A DNA stretch of 64,000 nucleotides, taken from positions 558,001-622,000 of the forward strand of contig JAIVFI010000003.1 in assembly GCA_025558095.1 (NCBI GenBank), given 5' to 3'. This document shows, one piece after another, positions 38,410 to 50,681 of this stretch (positions within the stretch are counted from its first letter, which is position 1; every line of letters begins with the position of its first letter). A program made the translations under genes and the position numbers. This DNA is from Hyaloraphidium curvatum SAG 235-1 (lineage: Eukaryota; Fungi; Monoblepharomycota). A model generated the notes under the pieces. The model had not been told where the DNA came from. It made no database searches and worked only from the letters and a program-made list of their open reading frames with translations.

Positions 38410-39883
38410 TCACAGGGCGTTGCCCACCGCCGCAGGCACGTAGCCCACGGGCTGCTGATACTCGGCGTACGGGGTCCGCTGCATGCCCCAACCCTCCTGC
38501 ATGGGATCGGGCGGGCGTTGCGGCGCCGCGGCGTAGGCGCCGAGGTAGTCTGGCTGCGCCGCGGCCATCCTCGCCGAATCGGAAAACGCGGCAGAGGGCG
38601 GGTACATCGGCTGCCCCGGCGAGCGCCCGGGAGATCGTTGCTGTTGGGCGATGGGTGGAGGGGCGAGGGGATACGGTTGCGGTGGCGGTGGAGTCCGCTG
38701 TGGTGCACCGGCGGCGCGCAGGTAGTCCGCCGATGGAGACGCCTGATACGGCGCCGCTCCGTGGAAGGAAGGTGTCCCCTGCTGAGCAGGAGCTCCATAG
38801 TTGGAAGCAGCCTGCCGCGTGTCTGCCGGCGGCGCGCCGGATTGCGGGTGCCCGCCGCCGCCGCTACTCTGCGCCGCCGCGCCCTGGTAGGCTCCCGACG
38901 GGCCCGACGAGGAAAATCCGCCCCCTCCAAAACCGTTCGCCCCGTCGCCGCCGTCCGTATCCGGCGGGCGCTTGCGGTTGTCGAACCGCATGCCCGCGTA
39001 GTCCGCCTGCGCCGCCGTGTCGCGCAGGACCAGGCCCCGGTCCGGGACCCCGCGCGCAAACACCTCCGAGGCATGCCGCAGGAGCGCGTCGCCCATGCGC
39101 TGCAGCTCCTCGATGGTCACGTGCAGGTTAAAGTCGTTGAAGATGAGGAATTCGAGCTCCAGCTGGTTGAGCTCCATGACAGGCAGCCCCCCGACCTGGT
39201 CCGTCCAACCAAGGCGGCAGCAGGAGCAGGCAGGCGGAGACGAGCGCGACGACCGTTAGTGTATGTTTGGGCCCTGGCACAGCAGCCCCCACCTTCGCGT
39301 AGTGCGAGTTGAGGAAGAAGACGTCGGAGAACAGCTTGCTGGCGACCATGACGCCGGTGATGACCAGCCTGTGCACGTTGTACGAATTGATGATGAGCAC
39401 CTTCTTCTTGCGCTTCTTGGACATTGTGAACTCGACGCCGTCGTCGTCCGAGCCGGGGCGGCCGATTGCCAGCGGGCCCAGCGCCGGCGGCTCGACGCCC
39501 TCCGCGGGCTGCCGCGGGCCGAACGGCTGAAAAGCGTGCAGGCCCTGCGTGATCGCGCCGGGCGACGGCGGCGGCGGCGCGGCCTGCGGGGGGGCGGGGG
39601 AGGGGGCGTCCGCGGCGTCCAGCAGCGCGTTTGCGCGGCGCGAGATGCGGTCGAAGTACACGAGCACGGCGAGGAACACCTCGTTTCCGCACGGCGCGTA
39701 CTTGAGGATGCGGCCCAAATAGGCGAGCACGTCGATGGTCGGCACGGTGCGCGCGTGGAACCGCGTGAGGTCGCCGCGGCCGACGCCGTCGTTCGCCGCC
39801 GTGAGCCGCTCGACGTGCGCCGCGACGAGCCGGATCGTGTCGGCCGGCGCGCACGTGCCGAGGTCGAACGTCGGCGACGCCAT
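38410..39883 (-). CDS. Pho80/Pcl-family cyclin, 1 intron
   Basis: FHARTVPTIDVLAYLGRI, NVHRLVITGVMVASKLFSDVFFLNSHYAK|VGGLPVMELNQLELEFL. Confidence 0.92.
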
Positions 39884-40031
39884 TCCCGCGGGGGACGCTT
39901 GAGCGGGTGGAGGCGCACGCGTCGACCACGCCCCGACCCTGCGCAACCTCCCAAGGCTGGCCACGATCCACTGCTCAGAAAAAGATCGCATTTCCTGCAC
40001 AATTTCACACATGCTCTAACCGGTGCAGCTT

Positions 40032-40095
40032 GCCGGCGAGTTCGGCACGGTCCCAGGCCGCAGCCTTTAGGGATCGCGCTTCATGACGCCCCCGT
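40032..40095 (-). promoter_or_regulatory. Eukaryotic SECIS element, form II, in the SelK 3' UTR
   Basis: mRNA reads ...GGCGUC AUGAA GCGCGAUCCC U AAA GGC UGCG GCC U GGGACCGUGC CGAA CUCGCCG. It has the AUGA/GA core, a 10-bp helix II with one mismatch, apical AAA and a mini-stem. Confidence 0.85.
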
Positions 40096-40197
40096 TCCGT
40101 CTCGGAGATCGGCTCGTCGCCGATGCCCGGGGGCAGAGTGCCAGCTCGCTACGCCGTCCTCGACATTGGGGCGGCGCGGGCCCAGATGGACCCGCGC

Positions 40198-40721
40198 CTA
40201 CCGACCTCAGGATCCTCCACCTCCCGGCATGCATGCCGGATCGGCTGCGGTGCTCAGTCCGTGCACGTTGCCTCCCATGCGCCTCGTCGGCCCGCCGCCG
40301 GACCGGTCCCATGCCGATGAAGAGCCGCGCCTGCCGAGCTGCGCGCTGCCGTTGCCGTTGTACGTGCTCGCGGCCTTGCGCGGCGCGGCAGACGCCGAGA
40401 CCGGCTGCGATGCCGCCTGGGGCTGCGAGTGCGGAGCGAGTAGAGAGGAGGAAAGGCGTCGTTGATGTGGCAGGCGTCGAGGGCGGCCAGGGAACGGCAG
40501 GAAGTCAGCCAACGTCAGAACCCCTGCGCGGCCCGAGGGGCCGCGGGCCCTCCCGAAGCCCTCCTCGGCCGAAAGGAGCAACGCACCGAAAGCAGCGTCA
40601 TGAAGAAGAGGTAGATGATGTTGAGCAGCTGCCAAAGGTAGCCCTGGGCCGACTGGAGGGGGTTCCTCCAGACCTCCTTGGTCGGAGCGTCCACCGTGCC
40701 GTCACCGAGGACATACGGCAT
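40198..40721 (-). CDS. SELENOK: Selenoprotein K (SelK/SelG family) with Sec-encoding UGA at 40207-40209
   Basis: MPYVLGDGTV.., TM helix YLWQLLNIIYLFFMTLL, intron 40586-40423, G/R/P-rich tail ending GGGGS-UGA-G-R-UAG like the GGUGR end of SELENOK. SECIS lies downstream. Confidence 0.9.
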
Positions 40722-40887
40722 CGCGGCGACGTAGGAAGGTACGCCGGAGCACGCAGAGTGCGGGAGACCGACCCACGGCCTGCCCGAGGCCAATGTCGTG
40801 GCGGTGTGTCACCGACTCCTCCCAGTGCTCCGCCGCCTGCACGTTTCCACCAGCATCTCCGTCTCGAATCCCTGCACACACGCTTCG

Positions 40888-42009
40888 ATGGCCCCGCTCG
40901 TCCTTGTCGAGAAGGATGGTCCGATCACAATCGTCACGATAAACAGGTCTCCGCGTCATATGCGCCGGCAGTCGCGGAGGAATGCTGACGCGTAGTTTCG
41001 TGCCTCCCACACAGGCCGGAGGCGAAGAACGCCGTGGGTATCACCCCCGGTGCCTCCGTGTACTTTCATCGGACCCACGGGCGATCTCTCCGGCCTCCAG
41101 GTCAACAGGCCGACTGCCCAGGCGCTCGCAGATGCCTTCCGGGACTTTGACCGCGACGAGAGCTCCAGCGTCGCGATCCTCACTGGTGCCGGGGGCACGT
41201 TCTGCGCAGGAGCAGATCTTCGGTAGGCTTTTTAACCCGTGTGAGCCATTGCGGACGGCTGACCCTCAAGGGCGCGCAACAACGCAGTGCCGTGCTCTCG
41301 AACGATCCCCAGCTGATGAATCGCATGGAGACGGACATGTTGGCCGACGGACCCATGGGCCCGACGCGGATGGTCCTCAGCAAGCCGGTGATCGCCGCCG
41401 TGGAGGGCTTCGCGGTCGCAGGGGGCCTGGAGCTGGCCTGTTGGACGGACCTGCGGGTGGCTGCGGAGGACAGCGTGTTTGGAGGTGCGCTAGTGGAGGC
41501 ACGCTGACCGGAGCATCTTTGCTGAACGGCTTGGGGACCGACAGTGTTCTGCAGGTCCAAAGGAGTACCGCTGGTAGACGGCGGCACCGTGCGGTTGCCG
41601 AGATTGATAGGAATGTCTGCAGCCATGGACCTGATCTTGACTGGTGAGCGGTTAGCCTTGGAGCTCGTTCTGCTGTATCTGATCGGCGAGTTGGTGCACC
41701 ACAGGACGGGACGTGCCGGCAAAGGAGGCCAAGGCCATGAATTTGGTCAACCGCCTCGCGCCCAAAGGCCAGGCACTCGCCGAGGCCAAGAAGCTCGCCG
41801 CACTGCTCGCCTCCCATCCGCAGACCTGCATGCGCAACGACAGGCGGTCGGCCTACGCTGCGGAGGGACGATCGGAGGGCGACGCGCTGCGGGAGGAGTT
41901 CGCCTTGGGGCTGGCGAGTTTGCGGACTGCCGACCAGCAGGGCGCGATCTCGAGCTTCTTCTCGGAGAAGAAGAAGGGGGAGATATGGACCGGCGGATCA
42001 AAGCTGTGA
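40888..42009 (+). CDS. Enoyl-CoA hydratase/crotonase-family protein with PTS1 (SKL), multi-exon
   Basis: VTINR|PEAKNA, FCAGADL, KPVIAAVEGFAVAGGLELA, GVPLVDGGTVRLPRLIG, ends GSKL-stop. Confidence 0.92.
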
Positions 42010-42121
42010 TCGGGGCGTGCTTGATTCGAGAACAACTTTCCACCCTGGTTCCAACGACAATTCCGACTCTTCTGGCTCCGTTCCCGGGCGTTTCCGCACT
42101 CCATCCGACAATATCGGTGCG

Positions 42122-44404
42122 ATGCATCGTCCGCGCAGCCGCCGTGTTTCCGGGCGCCCGGGCTGCTGCCACCACCACCACCACCGGCACGAATCCCGGC
42201 CGGCACTGGACGTCGAACACCTCCCTGCGTCCGTGGACGCGTTGCTCGAAAGGCATCGCGAGCCACCGAGGGATCGAAAGAGCGGCGAGTACCGCATCGA
42301 GGCGGCTCACGGGACCTTTGCGATTCGCGGCGCGGCGGTTCCTCACCACGTGGGGCCCTTGCCATTCCTCGTCGTCAGAGCTCACCTGATGTGTTATATG
42401 CATTTGCAGAGGGTTCCCGATGTCTTGGTCCGACTTCGAGCGGAGAAGATGGTGTCGACGGTGGTCGTCGACGCGCTGGTTTCGGACGAAGGTGGTAGCT
42501 CAACGAGTTCGGCCCGGGTCATGTCGAATGCTCACCAGTGCCTTCAGGTCTCGCCGACGTTGTCGATGCGCTAAGGCACAGCAGGAATGTTGCTGCTCTC
42601 GAGATCAAGGTGTCCAAAATCGGGTAGGCTACACAAGCCAGTCCCTGCAGCGCCAGCCAACGTTCCTTCGCATCAGTGCCAGGACTGCACGAGCGCTATC
42701 TGAGCTCTTGAGCACAAGCAGCAGTCTGCAGAGGTACGTTCATTTCTTTGCGAGGGCCTCAGTCATCCCCGACCCTTCCAACCAACCAGCATCGCGCTGG
42801 AATGGAATTCTCTTGGGGCCGACACGGTCGCCGTGCGGATTCTGGCCGATGGGTTGGCATCCAGCGCGTCTCTTCGAGCTTTGGACCTCCGTAACAACCT
42901 CTTGGGGGATGACTCGATCCACATCCTCTCCGAGGGTCTGAAGAGGAACAAGGGGATTCGAACGATCGGTAAGATACCTTGACGGTGGCGCGCAAGCATG
43001 TTCTCAAGCGGTCGTCAGACCTGCGCTGGAACAGGCTGACGTCGCACGGTGCCAGCGTACTTTTGCACCTGCTTTATCACAGCACCTCGATCCAAAACCT
43101 CGAGCTAGCCGGCAACGAGGTATCCAACGAGCTGCTGGACAGCATCGCCGACCAGCTCGGCCAGCGCCGCCGCGAAGCCCCTCGACCGGCTTGCAGGGAA
43201 CCCGCAGAGCCGGACCTCGTGGAAACGTTCGAGTGTCTGAGGGCCACAAACAGGGATACCATGTCTTATCTTGGACAACAGCTGGCCAAAATGGAGCAGG
43301 AGCGTTCTGGGCTTGTGCTGACCAGCTTGCCGCCGCCGAGGGGGATCTCGAGCGCGCGAGACAAGACTGCCGGATGTGGCAGGAGCGAGCAAGGGTGTCT
43401 GAACAAGAGAAGATCAACTACGAGAAGGGCATGGAGAGCATGCAGGAGGAGACTGGCCTGCTGATCAAGACCTTGCAGGAACAGCTCGAGTCCGAAATGC
43501 AGGTGTGTGAAGGCTTTCGTGAAGGTGCGCAAGCTTACGCCTTGCCCATGGTCGGGAAGAAACGTCGCTCTGCTGCTCAGGCAGCACAGTCCGCGGCAGC
43601 GGACCAAACTCGCAAGATTCATCAGCTTGAAAGCGCACTGAAGGAAGCGGCGGGGAGACTGAGGAGCTCGGAGAGGCACAGTCGCGACATCGGCGAGGAG
43701 CTGGAGCGGCAGCGAATCCGAGTCCTAAATCTTGAGCAAGAATCTGCAGGTGAGGCGCCTCTCTTATAGTCAAGCCCCTGTTTGTCTGTTTTAAACCGGC
43801 CCTTGCGTGCCCAGAGAAAGTTGCTGCCGCGGAACGCATGTGTCAAGCAAGGCTGAGTGACGGCGAAGCACTTTGGAAGAACAGCGAGGAGCAGCTTCGC
43901 AGGGACTGCGAGGAGCAGCTCAGGTCGCTGAAGATTGCACATGATTCGCTGCAGGCCGAGCTGGATCGAAGCAACAATTCGAACGAGAGAACCTGTAACC
44001 AGCTCCAGAACCAGTTGCAGGGCTTGACGATCGCCAAATCCGAACTGACGGCGGAGGTGGCATGCCTCAGGAGTGAGGCGCAGGAGCTGTCTCGCTCCAA
44101 AGCGATCGTGGAAAGCGAATGCGAACGTTTGAAAGCGGAGGTCAGGAGGTTCCAGGAAGCGAGCGAAGCCCGTGCTGCAGATCTGGCAGGCGCGGTCGCC
44201 GATCGTGACCGCCTCGAAAAAGCCGAAAGAGCGTGGCAACGAACGAAGTGGGACCTGGAAGCAGTGATCACCAGGCTGAAGGACAACATCGAAAAGAGGG
44301 ACGAGCAAATGGAAAACCACCGCGCAGCAAGGGATGAGGCCGAAAGAAGGATCGACGACGCTGTCGCGATCCTGGCCTCGAAAGGAAGGCGGGTTCCCAA
44401 CTGA
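42122..44404 (+). CDS. LRR plus long coiled-coil protein, LRRC45-like, multi-exon; start uncertain
   Basis: LRALDLRNNLL, DLRWNRL and LELAGNEV repeats, followed by extensive heptad coiled coil. Confidence 0.65.
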
Positions 44405-44629
44405 TTCGCTAGTTGACTCTTCTTCAGATCTGGCAGGCGCGGTCGCCGATCGTGACCGCCTCGAAAAAGCCGAAAGAGCGTGGCAACGAACGAAGTGGGA
44501 CCTGGAAGCAGTGATCACCAGGCTGAAGGACAACATCGAAAAGAGGGACGAGCAAATGGAAAACCACCGCGCAGCAAGGGATGAGGCCGAAAGAAGGATC
44601 GACGACGCTGTCGCGATCCTGGCCTCGAA
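44178..44629 (+). repeat. Exact 205-bp direct duplication (44178-44382 and 44425-44629)
   Basis: The two copies CAGATCTGGCAGG...GGCCTCGAA are identical by eye. Copy 2 is flanked by ACTCTTCTTC at 44416-44425 and 44629-44638. Confidence 0.95.
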
Positions 44630-44684
44630 CTCTTCTTCGTACATGGCGCGCACACGGCAAAAAGACAAGAATGGCGAGGCAGCT

Positions 44685-47327
44685 TCAGCTGTCGCGCTCC
44701 TCTTCCGAATCGTCCATGTCTTCATCCGCCTCCGCATCCCCTTTGTCCGCAGCAACCGACGACGCCGAAGCGGCGCGCGCAGCGTCAAGAGGTGTCGGAA
44801 AACGCGGAGGCGGCTCTAAACCAGCCGGCGTCGGCCCAAATTGCGGCGAAGGTCTGCCGTGCGAACCGCCTCCAAGCGACCGAACACTCCGGGCCTCGTA
44901 ATCCCGATCGTCCCACTCGCCATGCCTTTGGCGCCGCTCCTCGCGCTCGCGCTCTTCCCGATTGCGCCGCCACCTGCGGTACTCTTCCCACTCCCTAAAC
45001 TCTCGCTCGTCCTGCGCCATTCTGTCTTCCATAAGGGCATCGCCTTCCCTGCGGCCCTCTCTCTCTTCGCCGCGATCGCGATCCGCGGGATGTCCGCTTC
45101 CACGCGAGCGGTACTCGTCGTAAAGCGGCCGGTCGTAAAGTTCCTGCCTGCCACCACGACGAAGATGTGACTTGAGCTCGTCAACCTCTTCCCTGAGGCG
45201 CCGCACGCTATCCTCAGTCTCTCTTTGCTTCGCAAGCAAGGTCCGAATGTATTCCGATGCTGCCGCAACGGGGTCAGCCGTCAGTAACGGGAAAAATCAA
45301 GAAAACCCACATTTCTTCAATATGAAGACCTTGCTTGGATTCTTCTCGTCCCTTACCTGATCTTGCGGTAGCAGGTCCCGCAGGTTGTCAAAGCACTGAC
45401 GCAGTGAATCACGCCGCTTTTGCTCGGCGACTTTGTGCGACGACCGCCGCAGCTCGATCGGAGTGTTCGCATCGGTAAGCTGAAACTGCAACCCAACGTC
45501 CGTGGGACCCAAAGGCGGGGTCAAAAAACGCGGTCCCGCTTGCATGTCGAGCCGATACGGTCCCATGTTGAGCATCGCAGACGCAGGTGATGGTGCCTGA
45601 ACGAAATGCGGGGGAAGCTGGGCGGGGCGGCCCATGTTCATCATTGAGGCGGGGGTTGCCGGAGGACCCATGATGGGCGGCGGAAGCGCTTGGATCTGCA
45701 CAGGCCCGCCCTTTGCAGCCAGCATGAGGGGCGAATCGCTCTTGGAACCAGCGCCAGCGGCTACTGCACCCATCGACGCTGGCGAAGCGGCGGATGGGAC
45801 GGCATACAACTGAGGCAGGAAAGCGCCTGCAGAGCCAGGGGAGAGGACGTCGTTCGGTGAGAGAGCTTGAAACACGAAAGGAGGGGATAGGGCGGGGTTG
45901 CTCGGCGGCTGCCCCTTCTCCGGCAGTTGCTCCAAAGAAGATGTGCGAACAACGGACGGCGGTGACGTCTTTGCTGGGCCGAGGGCCGGGGAACCGCCGC
46001 TCTGCGCCGCCCCGCCCGATTTCGCGGTCCGTCGCCTGCCAGACAGCGGCACCTGGTACGGCGGCGTAGTCGCGGTAGGAGGCGGCAAGCCCTGGAAATT
46101 AGTGGAAGCGACGTTTTCCCCGTCGCCCGGTCCGCGTTTCGCAGTGACAGAGACGCGGGTTGGTCCAAAGCCGGGAGAGCGTGTGCTCGAATCGAGAGAG
46201 TCCCCGACAGTCGGTCGCAAAGCCGGCGAACTCAACGGCGAAAGCGCAGCCCCATCACCGTACGCCATTGCCAGAGACATCCGCTGAAAGTCGAGTGAAG
46301 GTGTCATGGCTGGGCTGACCAAAGGTGAGAACCGCACCTGAAAATAAAAGGTCAAAAGCAAAGTCAGCTCAGACTCGACGCAACGCAGGGCCGCTCGTCC
46401 TACCGTGCGATCGTCCTCGATCTTCTCGTCCAAAATGACACCAGAGTCGGGTACAGCCGACCCCGACTTGATACCGCGACCACGTTGCGGCGAGGGCTTG
46501 CTAGACCCGCCTGGGGTCGCTTCCGCCGCACCAGCACGGCGCTTCCCTTTCGATCCGGGCTGCCTCGGCGGCGACTCGGTGGTCTCCAAATCGTCCGCCG
46601 CGGCACCACTCGGTCCATCCGCGCTACGGCCCAGATCTTCGGAACCTTCCGCCGGTCTTCCGCCAGAAACATAGTCGCCCGGCTTAGCGGATGTTACAGA
46701 CCGATGACGGCGTCGCCCAGAATCACGCTGTCCCGGCGTCGCCTCCGGGGCAGGGCCCACAACACCGTCAACCTTCTGAGCCGAGGCTGCAGCTCCCGAA
46801 GAGGCCATGGCATTCTGAAAGGCCATGAGGAAGTCGGGCTGCTGGAGGAGGAGGAGCTGCTGGTCGAGGTTCAACGAGTTCCAATCGACGATAGTGGCGG
46901 CCTCGCCGGATTGCGACCCGCCTCCACCCGTGCTTCCCCCTATACTCTCGGCGCCCAGATTCGCGCTACCGTGTCTGAAAGACCTCAACTGTCCATCGAT
47001 GCTGCCGCCCGCGGCATTCGCCTCCATGCCATGAAGAAAGTCCAAGCTCTCGAAATTGACGCCCATCCCCAGTCCCAGCGATGCCAGGTCCGCAATGTTC
47101 ACGCTTCCGTCCGCGCCGTGTGGAAAGGGAGCCATGGCCGCGGCATCGGCGCCGCCGCGTGTGCCGTGGCCGAGGAAAGGAGTCGCCTCGGACAGTGACC
47201 TCAGGTACTCGCTCGCAAACTGCGTAGGGGACAGCGGCATGGCCGCCTGATCGGTATCCCCTACGGCTCCAGGAGTTCCGGGGTCCCGCAGCGGGCCATC
47301 GTTGGGCTTGGCCGGTCCGGCGGCCAT
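44685..47327 (-). CDS. bHLH transcription factor, Pho4/NUC-1-like, multi-exon
   Basis: RRSSHKVAEQKRRDSLRQCFDNLRDLLP...SKVFILKK|ASEYIRTL. SP-rich FSPLVSPA, LSPLSSPAL and ATPASMM motifs. Confidence 0.8.
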
Positions 47328-47557
47328 GTGAGGAATACGGCCGTGCAGAGCGGCCGCACACAAAGCACCGTAGCGACACGCGGCGGAGGCCTATCCGAGG
47401 GTCACGATAGGCCCTACGACCGCAAAGCAACGCAGCCGAGGCCGCCGCGGCGAGCAGTGGCCACCGACCGCCTGCGCTGCCCTGACGCGCCACCAGCCGC
47501 TTTTGGAAAGGGGTGATCCGGCAGGACCGAAACAAAAAGTGCATCTATGTATCTTCA

Positions 47558-50527
47558 TCATGACGACAAAGCAGCGCGAATTATTGCATCGTAGTGTTTG
47601 GCATGCACCTCGCGGTCGTGCCTGGCTAACCGCGTGACCTTCTTGCACAGGTCCGAAACCTCGGCGGCGACCGCATCCAGCCCGCTGCTGACCAGACTCT
47701 GCGCCGTCGGCAGCGTGCCCGACTGCAGCGTCTGGCGCACCCGATCCTGGACACGCCTGCTCATCATCGTGAAGACGGTGTCCTTGTACGTCAAAGTCTT
47801 GTCCACCATGCTCTTGACCAGCGCTTCCTGCTCCGCAGCGAGCCTGGAGCCGGCCGATTTCTCGGCGAGGATCGCGTTCATGGTCGCTACGAGCTCCACG
47901 GAAAGGTTGTCGACGGTGGTGCCGCCGTCCGGGTCCCGGAGCAACGTCATCAGGCGCGATTTGAGGCGTCCGGCCGCAGCGTCGTTCGAACGCAGCTCGG
48001 CGATCAGGTTTTTGGACAGCACCAGAAGGGCGGCGACGATGGTGATAGCCTGCCCTTCGTTCTGCATGCCGAAGATGCGATCGGCGTCCAATGATAGCGT
48101 CTCGGGGCAGTTGACCGCGTTGACGGCGGTGCTTCCAAAGACCAACGAGAGGAGACCCTCGTTGTAGACGTCCTCGAAACGCGGAGCGGCCACGGCGTCC
48201 GAGCTCTCCGGGTTCCGGGCCGCGGCCACGGTCAGCAGCGACATGGCAGCCGATTGGAGCCACTCGCGCGTGCGGTGGAGGGTCACCCGGCCGGCCTCCA
48301 GGGCCTCGTCGAACTTGCGGCTTTCATACGACACGGCTTCAGTCGCCAACTGCGGCCTCAGCTGCTGCAGCCTAAAGTTGGCGAGGTCGAGCTTCATGTC
48401 GTCGAGCGTCGTGAGCAATCCGTCCCAAGCACCTGCGAGATCCGAGTCGACAATAGCGACCAAGTCCCTGATCGCGCCATCCCTCGCCGGGGCGCATAGC
48501 TGCAGCATTTTTCCGAGGATGAAGCCCGTGCTCTGTCGCATATCGTAGATGCGCCGGGAAATCTGCTGCGAAATCAGCTCCAGATCGAGGACCTCGTTGA
48601 TCTGCTGCGCGACGCTGCCGTTTTCCCGCAGCATGGAGATTAGGGCCTGCAGAGCCAATACTAGTCAGAGAGAGAAAAACATGTGACGCGACGACCACTG
48701 GCCTTTTTCGCCTCGTCGATGAGGCCGACCGCGTAACGTCCATACTCGCCGACAGCAAAGTCTTCCCTCACAGCATCGAAAAAGGCCCTGCGCGCTGCCG
48801 ACCTGATCCCTTCTTCCAAGGCGCTGCGCTTCGGTGATTGCAGCTGGAAATCGGGATCCATGACCAGCTCGTGCGCCAGCTGCTCGTTCGATCCGAATGG
48901 CATGGCCGCCAGGCTGGCCCAGATCTCGCGCATGTCGTTGAGTCCACCAGGGTTAGGGACATCCGCTCTCGCCCCGGACGCGACGGAGGCCTCGATCGCG
49001 GCAGCGAAAGACGAACTGCGGCTCAAGTTGCGAGAAGGCGAGTTTGGTACGCTGCCGTTGCGACTGCTGGTGACTGAGTCCGTCCTCGCAGACGAGGCTC
49101 GCTTCTCGTTCGATGACGGAAACCGCTTCGGTGAGCTACTGTAGGTATTGGCAGGCTTCCGGGGGGGAGAGCCGGGGGGAGATGCGACGAGGCGTCCGGG
49201 CAGATCCTGGGGTGCAGAAGCGACGGCATCCTCGACCGCGTCGAGGTCTTCATCCACAAGGCCAAGCTCGGCTCTTGCGCGATCGGCCGCGGCAACGAGA
49301 CGTGCGATGCCATCGTCTCCGGCAATCTGCTTGATCCTGCTGCGGATCTGATCCTGCTGCTTCTCCACCCTCCCGTGCCATTCGACGTCGGCGTGCAGCT
49401 CGGCGCGAACGGAAAGCCAGAGCCGTTCAAGGTCCAGCCAGTGCGCGATGAACTCCCCGACCACCTTGTGCGTGTCCTCCCTCTTCCATTCCTCGAACGC
49501 CTCATAGAACTGGACCCAAAGACCGAGAAAAACCAGCAGGGCTGAGCTAAAGTCCTTGGGAGCGACATCGGTCCCAACTTCGGTCGCCAGCAACTCGAAG
49601 GATTCCAGCATCTTCTCCGCAAGAGACTTGATCGCCTGCGGAGATACGTCAGCGACGGACAACGGGTGAGGTTCCGACGCCCACAGTTTCCGCAGGACCC
49701 TCCTGGTGAAGAATGGCCGATGTGTGCCCGACGATGACATAGGCGCTCAAGAACACGCGCGCAGGGTTCTTGAAGTCCACACGAGCAGACTCCGGAGATG
49801 CAGACTTCACACCGAGCAGGAACCGAGCCATAGCCTTGATGGTAGACGGCTGTTGGATCTTGTCCACCAGCTCCGCGAATGCCGTCTCGCGTGCGGATGA
49901 CAGGCTGAGCTTGCACTTTGCCATTTCCCGCACGAGCGCGCTGTACTTTTGCTGGCGCCACACGGCCTGTAGCACCCTTGCAGCAGCTTCGCGCTTGGAG
50001 CGCTCCTGTTCGGCATTGAGGGCTTCATCACCCTGGTCCCCGGTGCTGGAGCTCGTCCGATAACGCAGGCGCTTCGAGGGTTGCTCCCTCGGCGTTTTGG
50101 CTTTCTTCTTCTCCAGTTCGAGCTCCTGCAGCTTCGCCTTGTTGCGCTCCACCTCCTGGAGCTTCTGCAGGAGCCCCTCGCGGCGCGCGGTGACCTGACC
50201 TTCCAAGCGCTGCTGGTTCTGCTCGAGAACCTCCTCGATTCGCTTCAACTTGGCACGCAGACGGGACCGCCGCTCGTCCAGGAAAGCGGCTCGGTTGTCG
50301 CTCGCGGAGTAGAGTAGAGGACTGCGATGCTCGGCCCGAGCTTCGAGGTGCCGCGGCTTTGCGGCCGGGCTCTGCAAGTCCTCGGCGGCGACAAAGAATG
50401 CCAAAGAGCCGGAAACGTCCGCCCTTGCCTCGCTGCCTTCCCTGGAGCAACGCGGCGCGGGAGATGTCGCCTCGGCGGGCGTCGCCTTGCCGCTGTTCGA
50501 CACAGAAACAGTCGTCTCCGAGTCCAT
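47558..50527 (-). CDS. TCP11/Sok1 family protein, multi-exon
   Basis: RVFLSAYVI, NEQLAHELVMDPDF, LCAPARD, MKLDLANF, CPETLSLD. Confidence 0.9.
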
Positions 50528-50681
50528 GCCGAGAGCCAAACCCGGAAACGACTTCCGCAGAAGGGCTCCCCGACCGACTATATTCGAAGAGGGGCTTTGG
50601 AGTGAGGTCTCACGATTTTGGTGCTTTGACGCGCCAGCGGAGTTTGGCTGAAGGACCCCAACGCGAGAACCCCCTCGAAGT

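Noticed and set aside
43622-44788. 388-aa minus-strand ORF with an internal repeat
   Set aside because: Antisense to the coiled-coil gene; the repeat is just the 205-bp DNA duplication.
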